NCBI GenBank assembly: GCA_032718475.1
Contig: JAUCBJ010006701.1
Span: 67,698 to 131,697 of the forward strand
Origin: Nemertoderma westbladi
Taxonomy: Eukaryota; Animalia; Xenacoelomorpha
Length of the DNA: 64,000 bases
Reading direction: 5' to 3'
In this document: positions 1-13,483 of the stretch, piece after piece
How positions within the stretch are numbered: position 1 is the first letter of the stretch
Layout: each line of letters starts with the position of its first letter
Notes under the pieces: generated by a model
Told to the model about the DNA's origin: nothing
What the model saw: the letters and a program-made list of their open reading frames with translations, nothing else
Databases searched by the model: none
Made by a program: the position numbers and the translations under genes

Positions 1-1398
1 TGTTTATTGTATAATAGTTATTATATCTTTTGTAATAAAAGTCAGAAATACTAGTCACATCTCAGCTCTTTTCTATCTGTTTTATCATGGATTCACTACG
101 GTGAACAAACTCAGGGACAGGATGGCCGGCTAGAGATCGGGCCGCAGCAATGAACGGGAACATCACGGGAATGTAGACGAGAGACAACCCGCAATACCAT
201 CTAGAGTTATTCGCCCATCGCCTGAAAGGTTAGACAGCGTTCGATCCTTGCTACCTAAGTATAAGACCAAAAGATCAAGAGGTAGACGTAGTGACACGCT
301 GTGAGCCTAAAATTACATCATAGGGACTGTACTGTCTTGATTCAGGAAAACCCACAGTAGACCTTCACATTCCTACGGGGGGGGAGAGAGAGAGCAGAGA
401 TACTAGTACGCAGATAGGACGTAGGCACACCGGTACAAGGCATACACATTGGTTAGGGTGCAGCAAACTGTACGCTTAACTCTTGCTAAGTACAGGTGCG
501 TGTGCGACTATTTGCAGTACGACAGTGTCCATTGCATTAGAACTTGTAGGCTAGGGGGGTTGCTGTGTTTTCACCTGAATTGGGATTGTACCGTTCAGGC
601 GGTAGGGCAGTTTACGCTAGGCGCAAATAAATTGAGGCTATCAGGGATACTAACATCTACCGTGTCCCCGCCAACGCCCTAATAGGAAGTTACCCGGACT
701 ACCTGGGTGACTAAAATTCTAGATAGGAGCCAGGATAGCTATTAGTACCCGTACGCCTACAGTAGTAAACTAACACATCTCTTCTTAGTATCAGGGACCT
801 GGTACCTAAAATTGCCGAATTCTGGGCGTAGTATTAACCTTATGCCTGAATTTGAGTCCTGGAAATACGCAAGAGGGGAAGGAACCTTATCATTCGTGAG
901 TATTGGACCTACAAGTTATAAAATTAGAATATTCGTAAAATGCACACCGTACCCAGTAATTATATATGTGAAGGAGCAAAACTGTTTTGACCGTTCAGAA
1001 TTAACACACGCGCGTTAGAAATTATTTAAACCTCAAAATATATAAAATTAACTTTGTCCGTACTGTGCTTTGCCCGCTAGTTAGACATCTCCAAATCTCT
1101 GCCTGTACCTAGCTAGCGTCCCTTTGCCCAAACCATATAAATCACACCGCGGCAAAGTATACGAGCCCTTAGTTCGTCAGTGAGTCAGCCTGATTTTAGG
1201 ATTCGCTGCGCGGGATTTTGTTTTATCGAAGTTTGTCTGCTCGTAGACTGTTTTCTGCCTCACCGGTTATAAGAGATCGATACTGCAATATATTCGCTTA
1301 CTTAGAGTTTACTGTTTTGGTGAGAAGGTCGGATTTATGATTTGATTTACAAACTTTACAGTAGGATATTGCAGGTATTGTTACCGTCTCTTCCAATA
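1..1398 (+). repeat. C-family LTR copy (C1; starts before the window), inserted in opposite orientation into pol of A1
   Basis: Reverse complement of ~56951-58320. Ends ...GTCTCTTCCAATA, then switches abruptly to A-family pol sequence (TTACTAGAATCCC, matching ~46844 in A2). Confidence 0.9.
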
Positions 1399-4300
1399 TT
1401 ACTAGAATCCCGTCGTTGTTGAGTTGTGGCGACAGCGTAATCAGCTCGCTGTCTCGTCAGAGGTGCTGTTGGTTACCGACGCGTTCCACCTCGTCGCCGT
1501 AGTTCTTCCGTTGTTCATAGCGGATCACTGCCTTGGCCGCTCCTTCCACATCTATGGTTGTCCTGATCTTCTTGTCCTTGCCGATTCCCGCAAGGAAATT
1601 CCCGAAGGCTCTCCAGTACGCCACTAGTTTCTTGGTCTTATACCAACTAGAACTGTAGCTGAGGAGTTTATCCGTTGGGTTATCGCATAGTTCCCTTCCT
1701 GGTTGCACGTCCCTAATCTCCCTCACCATTTGGGAGTATATCTCTTCTCCCTCTGAGTCTCCCTCTTCTCCTTCTGATACCACTTCCGAGCCCGGGTCCA
1801 CCTTCCTCATCGGCGGCCAGGCCTCCCTATCGCTCAGAAATTGTGGCCCATGTTGCCACAATACTTCCTTCTTTAGGAAAGTGTGGCGTTCCACGCCCCT
1901 CGACAGCAAGTCCGCTGGGTTCTCGTCTGTTGGGCAGTAGTGCCACCTTCCCAGTTCTGTGCTCGCCCTTATTTCATCCACTCTATTCGCGACGAATATC
2001 GGGTATCTCGTCCTTTCGTTGTGTAGCCAACCAAGCACTACCATGGAGTCCGTCCAGTAGTGTGTCTCCACTATGTTGGGAATAGTATCCACTAGGTAGG
2101 CTGTGGCTCTTACTCCTAGTCTCGCAGCTGTCAATTCTAACTTGGGAACTGATGCTGAATCTGGCGGCGTTGACTTTGCTTTGCTAGCCTTGGCTTATGA
2201 GCCCCCTCTCGTTGTACTAAGTAGAGTGCCGCTCCGTACGCTTCCAACGACGCGTCGGAGAACATGTGTAGGTCCAGATTCGTCATGTTCCCATCCGGGA
2301 AATACACCCTTGGCATGTTGTATGTTCCCATTTTCTCCAAGTTTCCTGTCCACTTGCTCCACTGTCTCTTGATTTCCTCTGGTACCTCTACGTCCCACTC
2401 ATCTTTCAGTTTGTATACTCTCTTGAGTATCTGTTTCCCTGTGACTAGTAATGGGGATGCTAGGCCTAGGGGATCGTATATCCTTGCTATATACGATACA
2501 TAGCCCCTCTTCGTGTGGATGTCTGCGCCCTCCTGGCTCAGCTGATACTTCAGTTCGTCTGTCTTCCTATCCCACACGATTCCCAATGCCTTCTGCTGAG
2601 ATTCTGTTCTCTTAATCGCCATGTCCTGCCCTTTGGCTGTTGTGGGGTTATCCATGGTCGATTCTGGTTTCCTGTCCTCTATGGCTTTGATAAATTCTTC
2701 CGAACTGGATTGGAATTTGGTCAGGTTAAAGCCGGATCCTTTTAGGATGTCGCGAACCTCGCGCCATGTATCCAGTATCTCCTTAACCGTATTCCCAGAC
2801 TCCATTCCGTCGTCTACGTAGAAGCCGCGTCGAATCATATCGACGGCCCTACTGCTGTATCTATCTTCCTTCCCCTTTACAGTGTCTCTCACTGCCATAG
2901 TCGTCGTAAATGAAGACGACTTGGCCCCCATGTTCTGTACTATCATCTTATATGCTGGTATTATCGGCGGTTCTTCTTCGCCGTTATACCATAAGAAGCG
3001 TTGACTGTCGCTATCTTCTTCCGTTACACGGACTTGGTTGAACATGCCTTCTATGTCACACGTGAAGGCGTGTTTCCCATTTCGAAATCTAAGCAACACC
3101 TCTATGCCCGAATTGTAAATATTTGGGCCTTCTAACAGGTAATCGTTTAAGCATTTTCCGTCGGTCTTTGCCGATGCGTCGACTACCATCCTTAGTTTAC
3201 CTTTCTTTGGATCTAAAGCCACGTGCAGTGGCAGGTAATATGTTCTATCCGTGTTCGGCTCGTCGACCGGTAACTCCACGGCCCATCCTTTCTCGACGTA
3301 CTTCTTAATCGTCCTGTGGATGTACTCATTCTTCTCGGGGCTCCGTTTTAGTGTTTGTTTCAGTTTCCGGAGTCTCGTGAGTACCATCCCCCTATTGTCG
3401 GGTAACGGTATCTTCGGTAGTTTCCATACCATTCCTATAGTATACCGTCCCTCATCGCATGTCATTGATTCCTCCACGCTTTGTATAGCCTGCTTGTCTT
3501 CCACCGAGGTCCCGACCCCGGTCTCTTTCAATCCCTCGAAATCCTGTCTGAGCAGTCTTTTAAGCTGCTCCTCTGCTCCCTCATCACCCATTTCCTGCAT
3601 TGTTCCCGCGAACATGCATCCTGATGTCTCCGACATCCTAAATGGTATCTTGCTCTTGATTGGACCACTCAGCGTCCACCCGAATGGTGTTAATATTGCC
3701 ACCGGGTCGCTCTGCTTGTCTTCGCCGAAGACCGTTTGCATTCTTTCGTGGGCCGTTGGGCAGTCCATACCTACTATGATGGATACCTTCCTAACGTCCA
3801 CGTCTGGGATTGAGAAGTCAATGTTGTCCAGGAATTTATACTGTTCGACCTCGATGTTGGTTGGCCGCCTGGCATTGATATTAATTGACTCTATCACTTG
3901 AATGGGGTCGATAGTTGCCCCATGGTCGCATCCTGGTGCCACTGCTGCAATTGCGCACCGTCCTGTTCTCATCTCCAGGATCTCATCTTTGCTAGAGATG
4001 GTTGCTACCGCCATCCTGCTTGGCCTCGTTCTCAATCCTATCTCCTCGGCCACCCATTCCTCGACTAATGTGAAGGCAGCTCCACTATCAACCAGCATTA
4101 GTGTTGTTACTGATCGATTGCCTTCCCCGATCACTCGTACTGGTACTACTCCAAGTAGCACCGTTCCTCTCTTCTTCGCCCCTACTGTGCTCGTCGCCAT
4201 CGTTTGGCCTCTCCTTTGACCAAATTTCATTGGCTTCTCCTTGCACTCCCTTGCTCTATGTCCACTCATTACACATCGCGAGCAGATTTTATTGCTGAAC

Positions 4301-7300
4301 GCATAATCTATCTGATCTTGCCTAGGTAGCGCCTGCCAGTACCTGCAGTTCATAGTTTGATGAAGCGCATTTGCGTGTAGCTGGCATTTGCTCTTTGGGT
4401 CGTAGCCCTCTTTATACAGTGCATTGCGTATCGCAGTTGCGTTCGTACCAAAGTCCCTACTATTCTTATTGTTTGGGTTTTGCCTATTGGACGTACTGGG
4501 GTTATGTTTATTCGTGTTATTATTGTTTCCCTGTCCGTTCCATGATGTTGTCTTATCCTCGGCTAGCTGTGGACTTGCAGTCCCCTGCGTCGCTGCATAT
4601 GGCAATGATTGCCTGAGTCTCGGAAATGCGTTCGATGTGTTGTGCTCTGGTTTCGGTCTATGGTAGTCTGTTTTCGGTCCCTTTCCCAGGCTGTCTTCGC
4701 TATAGACTGGGTCAGTTATTAGTTCAGCCTCGTAGTTTAAGAAGTTTTACATTTCTTCTAAACCCGGTTCCGCACCCTTCTTATCTCGAGTGGAGAAGGC
4801 AATTTTCCTCCACTTGTTGCGCAGCCAGTTTGGTAGTGCCTGCGCTATCGTGGTGATGTTGTTGGACGCATTGAGCTCGTACGGCGCGTCTAGCGTCTTC
4901 AGCACGATTAGCGCCTTTTCGACTTTGTTAGCGAACGTCTTAATGCTAACAGGATTATCCTGTAGGCCACCCGATGTTATGCCCCTCAGCATCTGCCTGA
5001 TGATCTTGGCCGGGTGCCCGTATTCCCTATCCAGTGCCCGCCATGCTGTCGTGAAGCCGCCCTCTATTCCTTGATATTGCCTCACGATGTCGTATGCTGG
5101 GCCTCCCGTGTACACTTGTAGATACTTTAGGCACTCCGCCTGCGTCAAGTTTTTTGTTAGTATTTCGTTACTATACATGCGCCGAAACTGTAGATATTCT
5201 TCCGGCCTGCTCCCATCGAATTTGAATGGTTCCACGGGTGGTAACTCGATCCTCGTTTTCAACGCATCGATCAACGTGGCCATCCCTATCGCCTGCGCTT
5301 CCAATGGATTCGATGGGTGCTGCATAGTTTCTCCTGTCTGGTGCATTCCGTCTGTCCTATTTCTTGACTTTCTCTGGCTTGGGTATGTCATCGGGGGTAG
5401 CGGCCCCCTCCATATTTCTGTGTCACACGACCTGTTTTCATCTGAGGGTCTTGTTGTTCTTGCTCCTATCGGGGTATATTGTTGATATTGTGATGGGGGA
5501 ATGTCACCCTGTCCCCCCCCCCCCACCGGTATGTTTGGTACTGGGGTTGATGTTAATATGTTGGGGCCCATACACCTATCCGCAATAATTCCCCCCTCCC
5601 CTGGGTATATGTTATGTCCCTGCATGCTGTAGTCATACTGCTGTGCTGGTACCGGTATAGGCCTATCAGCTTCTGGCCTACTCGCCGGTATGTATTCCGC
5701 GACTTCCGGGTTTAATCCCGTTGTCCACGCCATCCTATCGCCTACATTGCCTCTCTCAGTATGGCCTATGGTATGTGCAGTAAGGCCTACAGTATGTCCT
5801 ACAGTCTGCATGTGTCGCTCGGGATTGAAGTTTATTCTTCTCGAATAATCCTCCCCGCGGCTACCGTATTCTCGATCGATAGGTGTATTCCGTCGGAAAG
5901 TTTCTCTTCGACCCCCCTCTCTACTATCCTCATCTTCGTACCGGTACATCGCGTACCCCTCTCTCGGCGCGTAGTGCGCCTCGCCGGGTCGCATCCCTCC
6001 GGGGCGATGGCAATATCCCGGAGTCCGACCCCACTGACTCTCCGTTCTCATCTCAACTACCGACGGCTCGCTATCCGTCCTCGCTCTTCTATCGTTCGCG
6101 CCGATACCTCTACTACTGTCTTCTCTTCTTCTCCTTTCAGTGGAGTATTCCCGCTCGTGAGATCTCTCGTCGACCTCCCGGTTAAACCCCACTGTTCTTC
6201 TTCCCTCTTCTGATCGGGCTCGACGCTTCGTCCGCCCTCTTACGACGTCAACCTGTCTCTCTCTGCTCGGTCGCACGCCGCTGGGGATACTCGCAATCCC
6301 CCTATTACTTTCCGTCGCCGGTTGTTGCGGTTTACCTAGTTCGGCCCTCGCATTATCCGCTGACGGCTGTGCGACACTCTCTGCCCCCCCCTTTCGCCGC
6401 TAACCCGCTGTTGTGGGGTTCTCGTAGCCCCCCCCCATTCGCCACATCTAACTTCGCTACTCCTCACCCCGCTACTATATCCCTCTCCAGTCGACACATC
6501 AAGCCTACCGCGGTCGGGTCTATTCACCCCCGCCTCTCCCTGTGCTATTGCGTGGCCTACCAGGCCCTCTACTCCCTGCCTACCAACTATGTGGCCTACC
6601 AGGCCCTCGCTGGGTCTACCTAACCCAGCTATTCCCTGCCTACCAACTACGTGGCCTATCAGGCCCTCGCTGGGTCTACCTAACCTAGCTATTCCCTGCC
6701 TACCAACTACGTGGCCTACCAGGCCCTCGCTGGGTATACCTAACCCAGCTATTCCCTGCCTACCAACTACGTGGCCTACCAGGCCCTCGTCTGTCTGGCC
6801 ATACACGCCCGACGCGTTTACATTAATAGCACCCGTATTGGAAACGGAATTAATTTGTTCGTTCGAAACAAAATCATTTGAATTATCTTGCGCGACTACA
6901 CTATCTGGATTATTTTGTAAATTCGGGCTCGCTGAATTATTTAAGTTATTTAGATTATTTTGTGTTATTGCATTACTTAAATTATTTTGTAAGTTCGAAT
7001 TTGGGTTATTACTTTGATTAATTGGATTATTTTGCGTAGCTACATTAATATTAGAATTATTTTCTACATTAATACTAGGAACGTTCTGATTTAAATTTAA
7101 ATTACTACCACTAGGTAAAGTATTTCCTGCAATAAAGGTTTGATTAGAATTGTCCCATACGGTACTATTAATATTAACCACGTCTACTGTACCATTATCA
7201 TTATTACCCCCCCCCCCCCCCCCCCGCCCGTACGGTCACACCAGTTTTGAGTCTGTCGTGCGGTCCCTGTAAGTGGGGTATTAATAAATGTATCCACGGC

Positions 7301-8704
7301 CCCCGGCTCCTCAAAAATACTCGAGCCAGCCTCGCTCTCAGACTCCCCCATTTGCGCCAGTTCCACCTCACGCGCGTGTATAGCTTCATACTCTACGAGT
7401 TTGTCTCGCTGTTTCTCCAATTCTCTTCGCTCACGCTCCGCTTTTGCTATTTTATCCATAGCCTCCCTCTCGGTCTGCTTGGCCAATTCCACCTCTCTCC
7501 TAATCCCCTCCCTTCGCCTCACCTCACGCGCTCTACGCTCACCCTCCTCCCTCACTTCACGCTCTCTGCGTTCACTTTTCTCTCTCGCCACACGCTCTTC
7601 TTGTTCCTTCAACTCTATTTCATCATACTCCCTAAGGCTCCTCACAGCCCTTTCGGCCCTCTCTCTTATCTCTCCCATCGACGCCATTTCCCTCTCCAGC
7701 AGCATTCTCCCTTCCTCTAGCCGTCTACCTACTTCTCTATTACCTTGCACTGCTAGATTGAGACGGTACCTGGCGTCTATCTCTCTCACCCGTCTTTCTT
7801 TTGCGGAGGATGTAGCAGACTTATCGGTTGTGGAGGATTCCCTCCGCCTTCCCGATCTACTAGCTTTCCCCCTCCTCCCGGAACTCCCCCCGACCGACGA
7901 GACCGAATCCGCGGGGTCAGCCTCGGATTCGCCCTCCTCAGGTCTGTTCCAACCCACTAATTTTACTCCCCGGGCATCGACCAAGTATGGCCCTATGTAC
8001 ACTGGTGCTACGCTAGGTTCCATACTCCCACACTCCCATAGTTCAAACAGTTCGCCGGCAACCCCTTTTGCTCTCTCCTCGGCTAGTTCTCTCTGCCCAA
8101 AACGTATTAGGTAATTAAAGTGTTTATCCGACTCACCTAGTCGCTTTCTCAGTCTCACCTCGTCTACCTTCGCCCCTTCCTTCTTGGCGTCCTTTATTAG
8201 CTTCCGGGTCGCGTTGTAGGCCCGTCGAAGTCGCTCTGAAACCCCGACGTCCTCGTCGCCGACCTCTCCTCCGTCCCTCCGGGTTCGACGTCGTACCGGC
8301 GGCTCCACCGTCGCCGTTCCGGTGGGCCGTCCGTCGCCCTCGGCCTGTAGCTGGCCGGCGACATCGGTACCGATGTCTCCTCCGTCTCTTCGCGTCCGGC
8401 GTCGCACCGTCGGCCCCACCGTCGCCGTTTCGGTGGGCCGCTCGTCGCCCTCGGCCTGTAGCTGGCCGGCGACATCGGTGCGCCGATCTCCGTCCCGTGT
8501 CGACTCATCTCCGTCTTCCTCCGTCTCGCTCTCCCTTCCTCTCGGCTCGACCTCTTGTTCCAGGCTCCCCTCGTCTTGAACTTCCGGTTCACCCGTTATC
8601 GATGGCTCCGGTGTCGTGGGTCTATATCGCCTGGTTGCGGCCTCGCAGATCGTTAGGTCTTCGTCCGGGGTCTGCGTCGGTGTCGTGTCACCTGACTGAC
8701 TCAT
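1399..8704 (-). pseudogene. gag-pol: A1 gag-pol, disrupted (ORF pieces 7184-8704, 6336-7181, 4747-6276, 2137-4605, 1457-2134)
   Basis: Coiled-coil N-terminus, gag FDGS..YLQF region, knuckle CSRCVMSGHRAREC, protease LVDSGA, RT FYVDD, RNase H LHMFSDAS/YWTDS/NPADLLSRG. Lesions relative to A2: TCA>TAA at ~4748, a small deletion near 2190, and C-run frameshifts. Confidence 0.9.
6560..6790 (-). repeat. 60-bp coding tandem repeat (EGLVGHVVGRQGIAGLGRPS, ~3.5-4 copies) in A1 gag
   Basis: Lines 6601, 6661 and 6721 are near identical. A2 has a shorter 42-bp version at ~52000-52100. Confidence 0.9.
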
Positions 8705-8774
8705 CCTCTTTTGCAGGTTTCGATGGCTAGTGGTTATCGAGTTTTTATCTGGGGCGGCAGCTGGTTTTAGTTAC

Positions 8775-9305
8775 TGTGACGGGATCCAGGAGGGATCCCG
8801 ATTTATCCGGTATTTTAGTTTACGCGTCCCCGCCGTGTATAAAGAGTAAACGAAAGCAGTGAATGAGTTCTGATGTTCGGTGTATAATAACTGATGGGTA
8901 TAAAATATAGATATAGATATGTGGAAGGCGGGATACGGTAACTAAAAGTCCCGTGCTCCCCTATCTAAACTAACTAACCTAAGCTAGCACTACTGCATTT
9001 GAGATAACTGAATTACTGATTAATAGGTTACTGATTATATTACACGGTTGGCCTAATTACTACCTAATCGATGCCTTGCCCCCCTCTGATTGGTTGATAC
9101 CCTTGTTGGCGCCCCGTGGAGTGTTCCCGTTCACTCCACCTGTTCTCTCTGGGTTAGGGGTTTGGCCCCTGACCCTTTATTGTGTGCTTCCTTCCCACTC
9201 TTATTGGGATGGCACGAGTTGGTTAACTATCCAATCTCGTGGCTCCCAATATTGCTTATCGGCTTATAACTTTATGGGGTGTTAGCGGGATTGAATAAGC
9301 TAACA
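8775..9305 (-). repeat. 5' LTR of A1 (~530 bp)
   Basis: TGTGACGGG...AAGCTAACA; homologous to 40368-40905 and 54144-54691. Confidence 0.95.
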
Positions 9306-9696
9306 AATAGGTTGTTACTATAATACATCACAGAATAATTTTTTAAAAGCATTAATTAAAAATAATATTTTAGATACATCCAATTACCCTAAGGATCACC
9401 CGCTTTATAGTAATAAAAATAAATCGAGACTTTATTACTGTAAAGACAAACTAGCCTCACGTGAAATTAAACAAGCAGTATTTTTAAGACCAAAATTATA
9501 TTCAATTTTGGAATAGAATAACAAAAATATTCGTAGAGCAAAAGGTATTACAAGAGCTGTTGTGGAAACGAATATTACATATGAAGAATATTTAAAAGCA
9601 TATAACTCAAATGAAGAAATAATAAAAAACATACACAGATTTCAATCTAAATTACATCGTATTTATACCTTAAAGCAAAATAATTTGCACTCAGTA
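9306..9696 (+). pseudogene. Maverick/Polinton-type protein-primed DNA polymerase B, C-terminal fragment (part 1)
   Basis: Manual translation LDTSNYPKDHPLYSNKNKSRLYYCKDKLASREIKQAVFLRPKLYS..*..RRAKGITRAVVETNITYEEY...FQSKLHRIYTLKQN resembles the pPolB DTSNYP/KDE/LRPKMY/KAKG motifs. Contains one stop and a frameshift. Confidence 0.85.
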
Positions 9697-10471
9697 TGAT
9701 AAACAACCGCGACCTCTATACTAACAGCAGAACTGTTGAACAGACCAATACCCGTTAATATCCTTCTGTCAACCTAATGAGCTCTCGCCTAACCAATAAG
9801 ACACAAATAATGCTCTACTGTTAAGTAAAGGGGATCAGGAGCGTGATATTACTAAATTGTAAAGGTGGCTAAATACAAAACCGCTACTTACCGTTGGATG
9901 GCGCTAATCTGCCGTCCGCTAATATATTTTACTAAATTTACACAACTCCTGCAAAATCGCTTGTTCCTTTCTCTACCGATCGCTCGATAGAGAGCTAACT
10001 GTTCGAATCTATGAGCCACGCGGGAATAACCAAAACAATAAACCCGAGTCGGCTCCCTAAGCTTACTTAAGACGAGTGCGAGAGGCCTTGCACTCAGAGT
10101 ATTCTTACGCCTAATTCTATCACTATTAAAACACGCTATTGTCTACGTCTTTCTAATCGCGAATACTGGAGGTTCCCTAACGTAATGTGTGAATGCGAGA
10201 ATATTTAAAATAATCAAAATGATACAGTAATTGTTTTTACGTGGATAGTACCACTCTGGGTCTAAACTTGCCTGCGGCTGGCTTTAGGCCAGCAAATTAC
10301 TAGCGTATTGTGTGTACCGAATAGTGCGATCTAGCTGATTGCCCGCTAGTGCAAATAACCGCTCAGCGTGAATAGTTTACAGTACTCTAATTATTACCTT
10401 AGCTACTCTCCGCTATGCTGCGTACTAATTCTTAATTTTTACTAATCAATTACAGTCACAAATATTTAACA
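9697..10471 (-). repeat. Partial 3' LTR of B (terminal 775 bp only)
   Basis: Matches 25306-26080 with about 3 substitutions by eye, and abuts the truncated exonuclease ORF directly. Confidence 0.9.
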
Positions 10472-12748
10472 AATATTCTCTAACGATTGGTTGAAGAACG
10501 GGGTTAAGAAACGCTTCATCACGTCGGATTGGATTCCCCATTTCGAGCGAACGTATTGATCTCCTCCGAATACCAATGGATGACGCTTCAAAACTCGCGC
10601 AACGATATCCGCTAATAAACAAGTCACCGTGTTCGACTCAAGCACCAAATAATATTGTAGCGACGCACGGGGTGGGGCGCAAATGTTCCAATACACTAAC
10701 GCTTGCCGCTTGAAGTGGGATTTGAACTCCGCTCCCGGTGGCGTGTTGTATTCACCATACGCCTCCTCGTACTTCTTCTGCGTCTTTAACTTAAAGTCCC
10801 AATTATACAACAAGTGTGCTATAAAACCCATACCAGTCTTGGCAGAGTTGGGATACTCCCTATAAATTCCAATATCCTGTGCCCATAGCAACAATAGCTT
10901 GGTGTCGACAAACGGTCTCGGCAATCTATCTTCCAGATCAGTCATGGCGTTTAAGTCACTCTCCAAATCGCTCTGGACTCCCGATCCCACCTTGACGTAA
11001 TCTTGGTTAAGAATAGCCTCTCTAACTTTCTTGGGTAACATCCTGGCGTCGATACGCTCCGCTCCGTGCATACCTCCTCGCCTGCATACCTCCAAAATCT
11101 GTTCCCTAGGATCCTTCCCCTTCCGATATTGTGTCGTTATGATGGGCTCCGGTCTCTCTCGATCCGCCCTCACACGCATAAACACATGAGTCACACCATC
11201 GGCCGCACGAATTTAAATACACTTGCTAGTCAAACATTCCTGATGGGACCCTCCTTCATTGTGGTAGAACATCACCCTCCAATCTTGCAGTGATTCCTCC
11301 GTTTTCCTCCCCTGACGCTGAATCTCGTCTGATGGGGTCCACATGCGCTCGATAGCCTTGTGGTCATCATATCGGGTATAAGAACCCTTCCTCCTCAGCC
11401 ACATCTGGTCTACCTCCTCGTCATCTGGGAATGTAGCCACCACGACCCATACCTTGATGTACTTATCCAACCATCCGAATAGCTTACTCTCCTTCCCCGG
11501 AGCTCCAATCTTATCCAACGTGTCGTAATCTGTGATCTGCATTGGGACATCACGCAAGAACTTCGCACATAAAACTTCCTGTAGACAGTCAACGTTCCAA
11601 TGGTCCGCCATTCTTACCATCGGCAAGAATCGTATCGCTTCTCGCGATTCCGGATGATCTACTAATATCGCAGGTTCGGTGCCGTCGGAATAATACACCG
11701 GTCGGGGTTGAGATACGACCTGTGGAACAAATCCGGTCACTCTCCTCGTCTCCTCTTGATGTCTATCCGCGGTCTTATTATACTCCGCTATCCTGTTCTC
11801 AAATAACTCTTTCGCCTTCGCCGCTCGCTCCTCCTGCCGCAACGCGTCTATGTCGTCCTGATGCTCAGGCGTGAGGCTTCTCACTCGGTGAGGTGAAGTA
11901 AACGCAGTCCAGGGACTCGAGAGCTCCAAACCCGCGGGTTTGGTACCCGAGTCCCGCGCCGCTTCGCGCCGCGCCTCTAGATCCTTGTAGGCTCGGTACA
12001 GCGAAATGGCCGCTGCCGTCTCTATCAAACTGGGTGTCGAACAGGGTTTAATCTCCGTATACGGATCCAATGTCGTAACGGTCGGCGTAATGGGTCTCGG
12101 AGGTCGCTTTCCGCTGAAGTCGATACTGATCATCGGGTTGCTCATCGGGTAACCTCCCTCGTTGTATCTAAGGAATTGGTGAGCTGGACATCGCATTAAT
12201 ATCGGTTCCGGATGTTGCTCGTCTAATCGGTCGGGAATCGCCACGTCTTGTTTATTCATGCATTCACCACACTTGTAGAAGAGCTTGTATACGCTGAAGA
12301 CTTTCGGCGTCTCCTGATCCTCGCCTCGAGTCCTCCGGTACAGATGCATTCCGTCAAACTGATCTCGGACTGCAGGTAGAGGCTCCTCGTGTCGTAAATA
12401 CATATTCATATGGTATAGTCGTGCGATTTCCTCGTCCGGATCTGCGCTAATGTCACATACGTCCAAAGCGAAGTCGTAGGGATACCGCGTGCGATACTCT
12501 CTCCGCAAAACTTCCATCCGGTCCCCCAATGCTCTCATTCTTTCCCTCCGTAATTCTTTATCATAACTCGGCTTGTATTTCCCGTTTAGCTCCATCACGG
12601 ACCGCCCATGGTAGTAAACGTTAGAGTCTTTACATCCTGGTCGCGCGAATGGTAGCTCCGCCTCCTCTCTGGCAGTAAATCCTCTGCGCGGTTGCGCTCT
12701 AATATCCCTCTCCATTATGCCTCGCGTATATACATATATATATCCCAA
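10466..12748 (-). pseudogene. B extra ORF: novel N-terminal region + DEDD-type 3'-5' exonuclease-like domain (one in-frame stop, 3' truncated)
   Basis: 11213-12748 and 10466-11194 are in the same frame, separated by TAA (CI*IRAADG versus TIQIRAADG in C). Motifs FYHNEG, LPKKVREAIL..VKVGSGVQSDL, FVDT. Homologous to 29042-32423. Confidence 0.8.
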
Positions 12749-13483
12749 TAAGTGCCGTTACGTAACCAATTACACTGTGGGTAAATCAGTTAGATGTCGC
12801 CGAAGGACAGACCTCCCGAACCCCCCCCCCCCCCCCCCCCGCCTTCCAGCAGTTCAGGTTCGACTCTCTAGATCCCGTCTCTTCCTAACTAACTATCCTC
12901 TAACCTATTCCCATGCATAGCGCAAAAACTTTGGAGATAAACTGGCCGTGACCAACTCACTTTTTGATGCCCAAACTACTCCCATTACTCGTACTAAACT
13001 ACAGTAGTTAGAAAGGACCATAGCCACAATACTCGACTATACCAAACCCACAGGTTTGATAATCGAACATCACACATCCTGCAAACTACTGAGTGGGGTC
13101 CATGTACGCCTCTGGTGCTACTAACCTTTAGCACCTTAGTTGCACTGTTGGCACCAATCTGTGGAAGTTGCTAAACTCAATTTACACTCCTACGTAATAT
13201 AGCCGTCACCAAGGTTTCTAAATGCTATTTTCCAGGCTTCACGACTTTTCAAATTACTGTTTATCTATAGACGAATTCTAAAACGCGTCTATACACAGCG
13301 TCTGGAATTGTCTTGGGTTCACTTCTAATTTTAAAATTTTTAAATTTTCCAAAATTTTTGAAAATAAAATTTTGTTTTGATACCCACTAGACAAAACTCA
13401 ACGCAAATCACCACAACCCCGCTCCTATGCATTTCCTTGTATTTGCATACGAGGAATGCATACGAAGTGAGTTGCGTCCAACA

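Larger units (their letters stand above)
1399..9305 (-). mobile_element. BEL/Pao LTR retrotransposon, family A copy 1 (5' LTR + gag + most of pol; rest displaced by C1)
   Basis: Colinear and highly similar to 46844-54691. LTR 8775-9305 has TG...CA ends. Gag, protease, RT and RNase H motifs are present. Confidence 0.93.

Noticed and set aside
7207-7225. Programmed frameshift at the gag poly-G run shared by A1 and A2
   Set aside because: Run lengths (19 and 9) would need shifts in different directions, so homopolymer instability or sequencing error is more likely.
3251-8579. Numerous + strand ORFs opposite gag-pol (also at 45760-54120)
   Set aside because: They are antisense shadows of long coding frames with no recognisable motifs.
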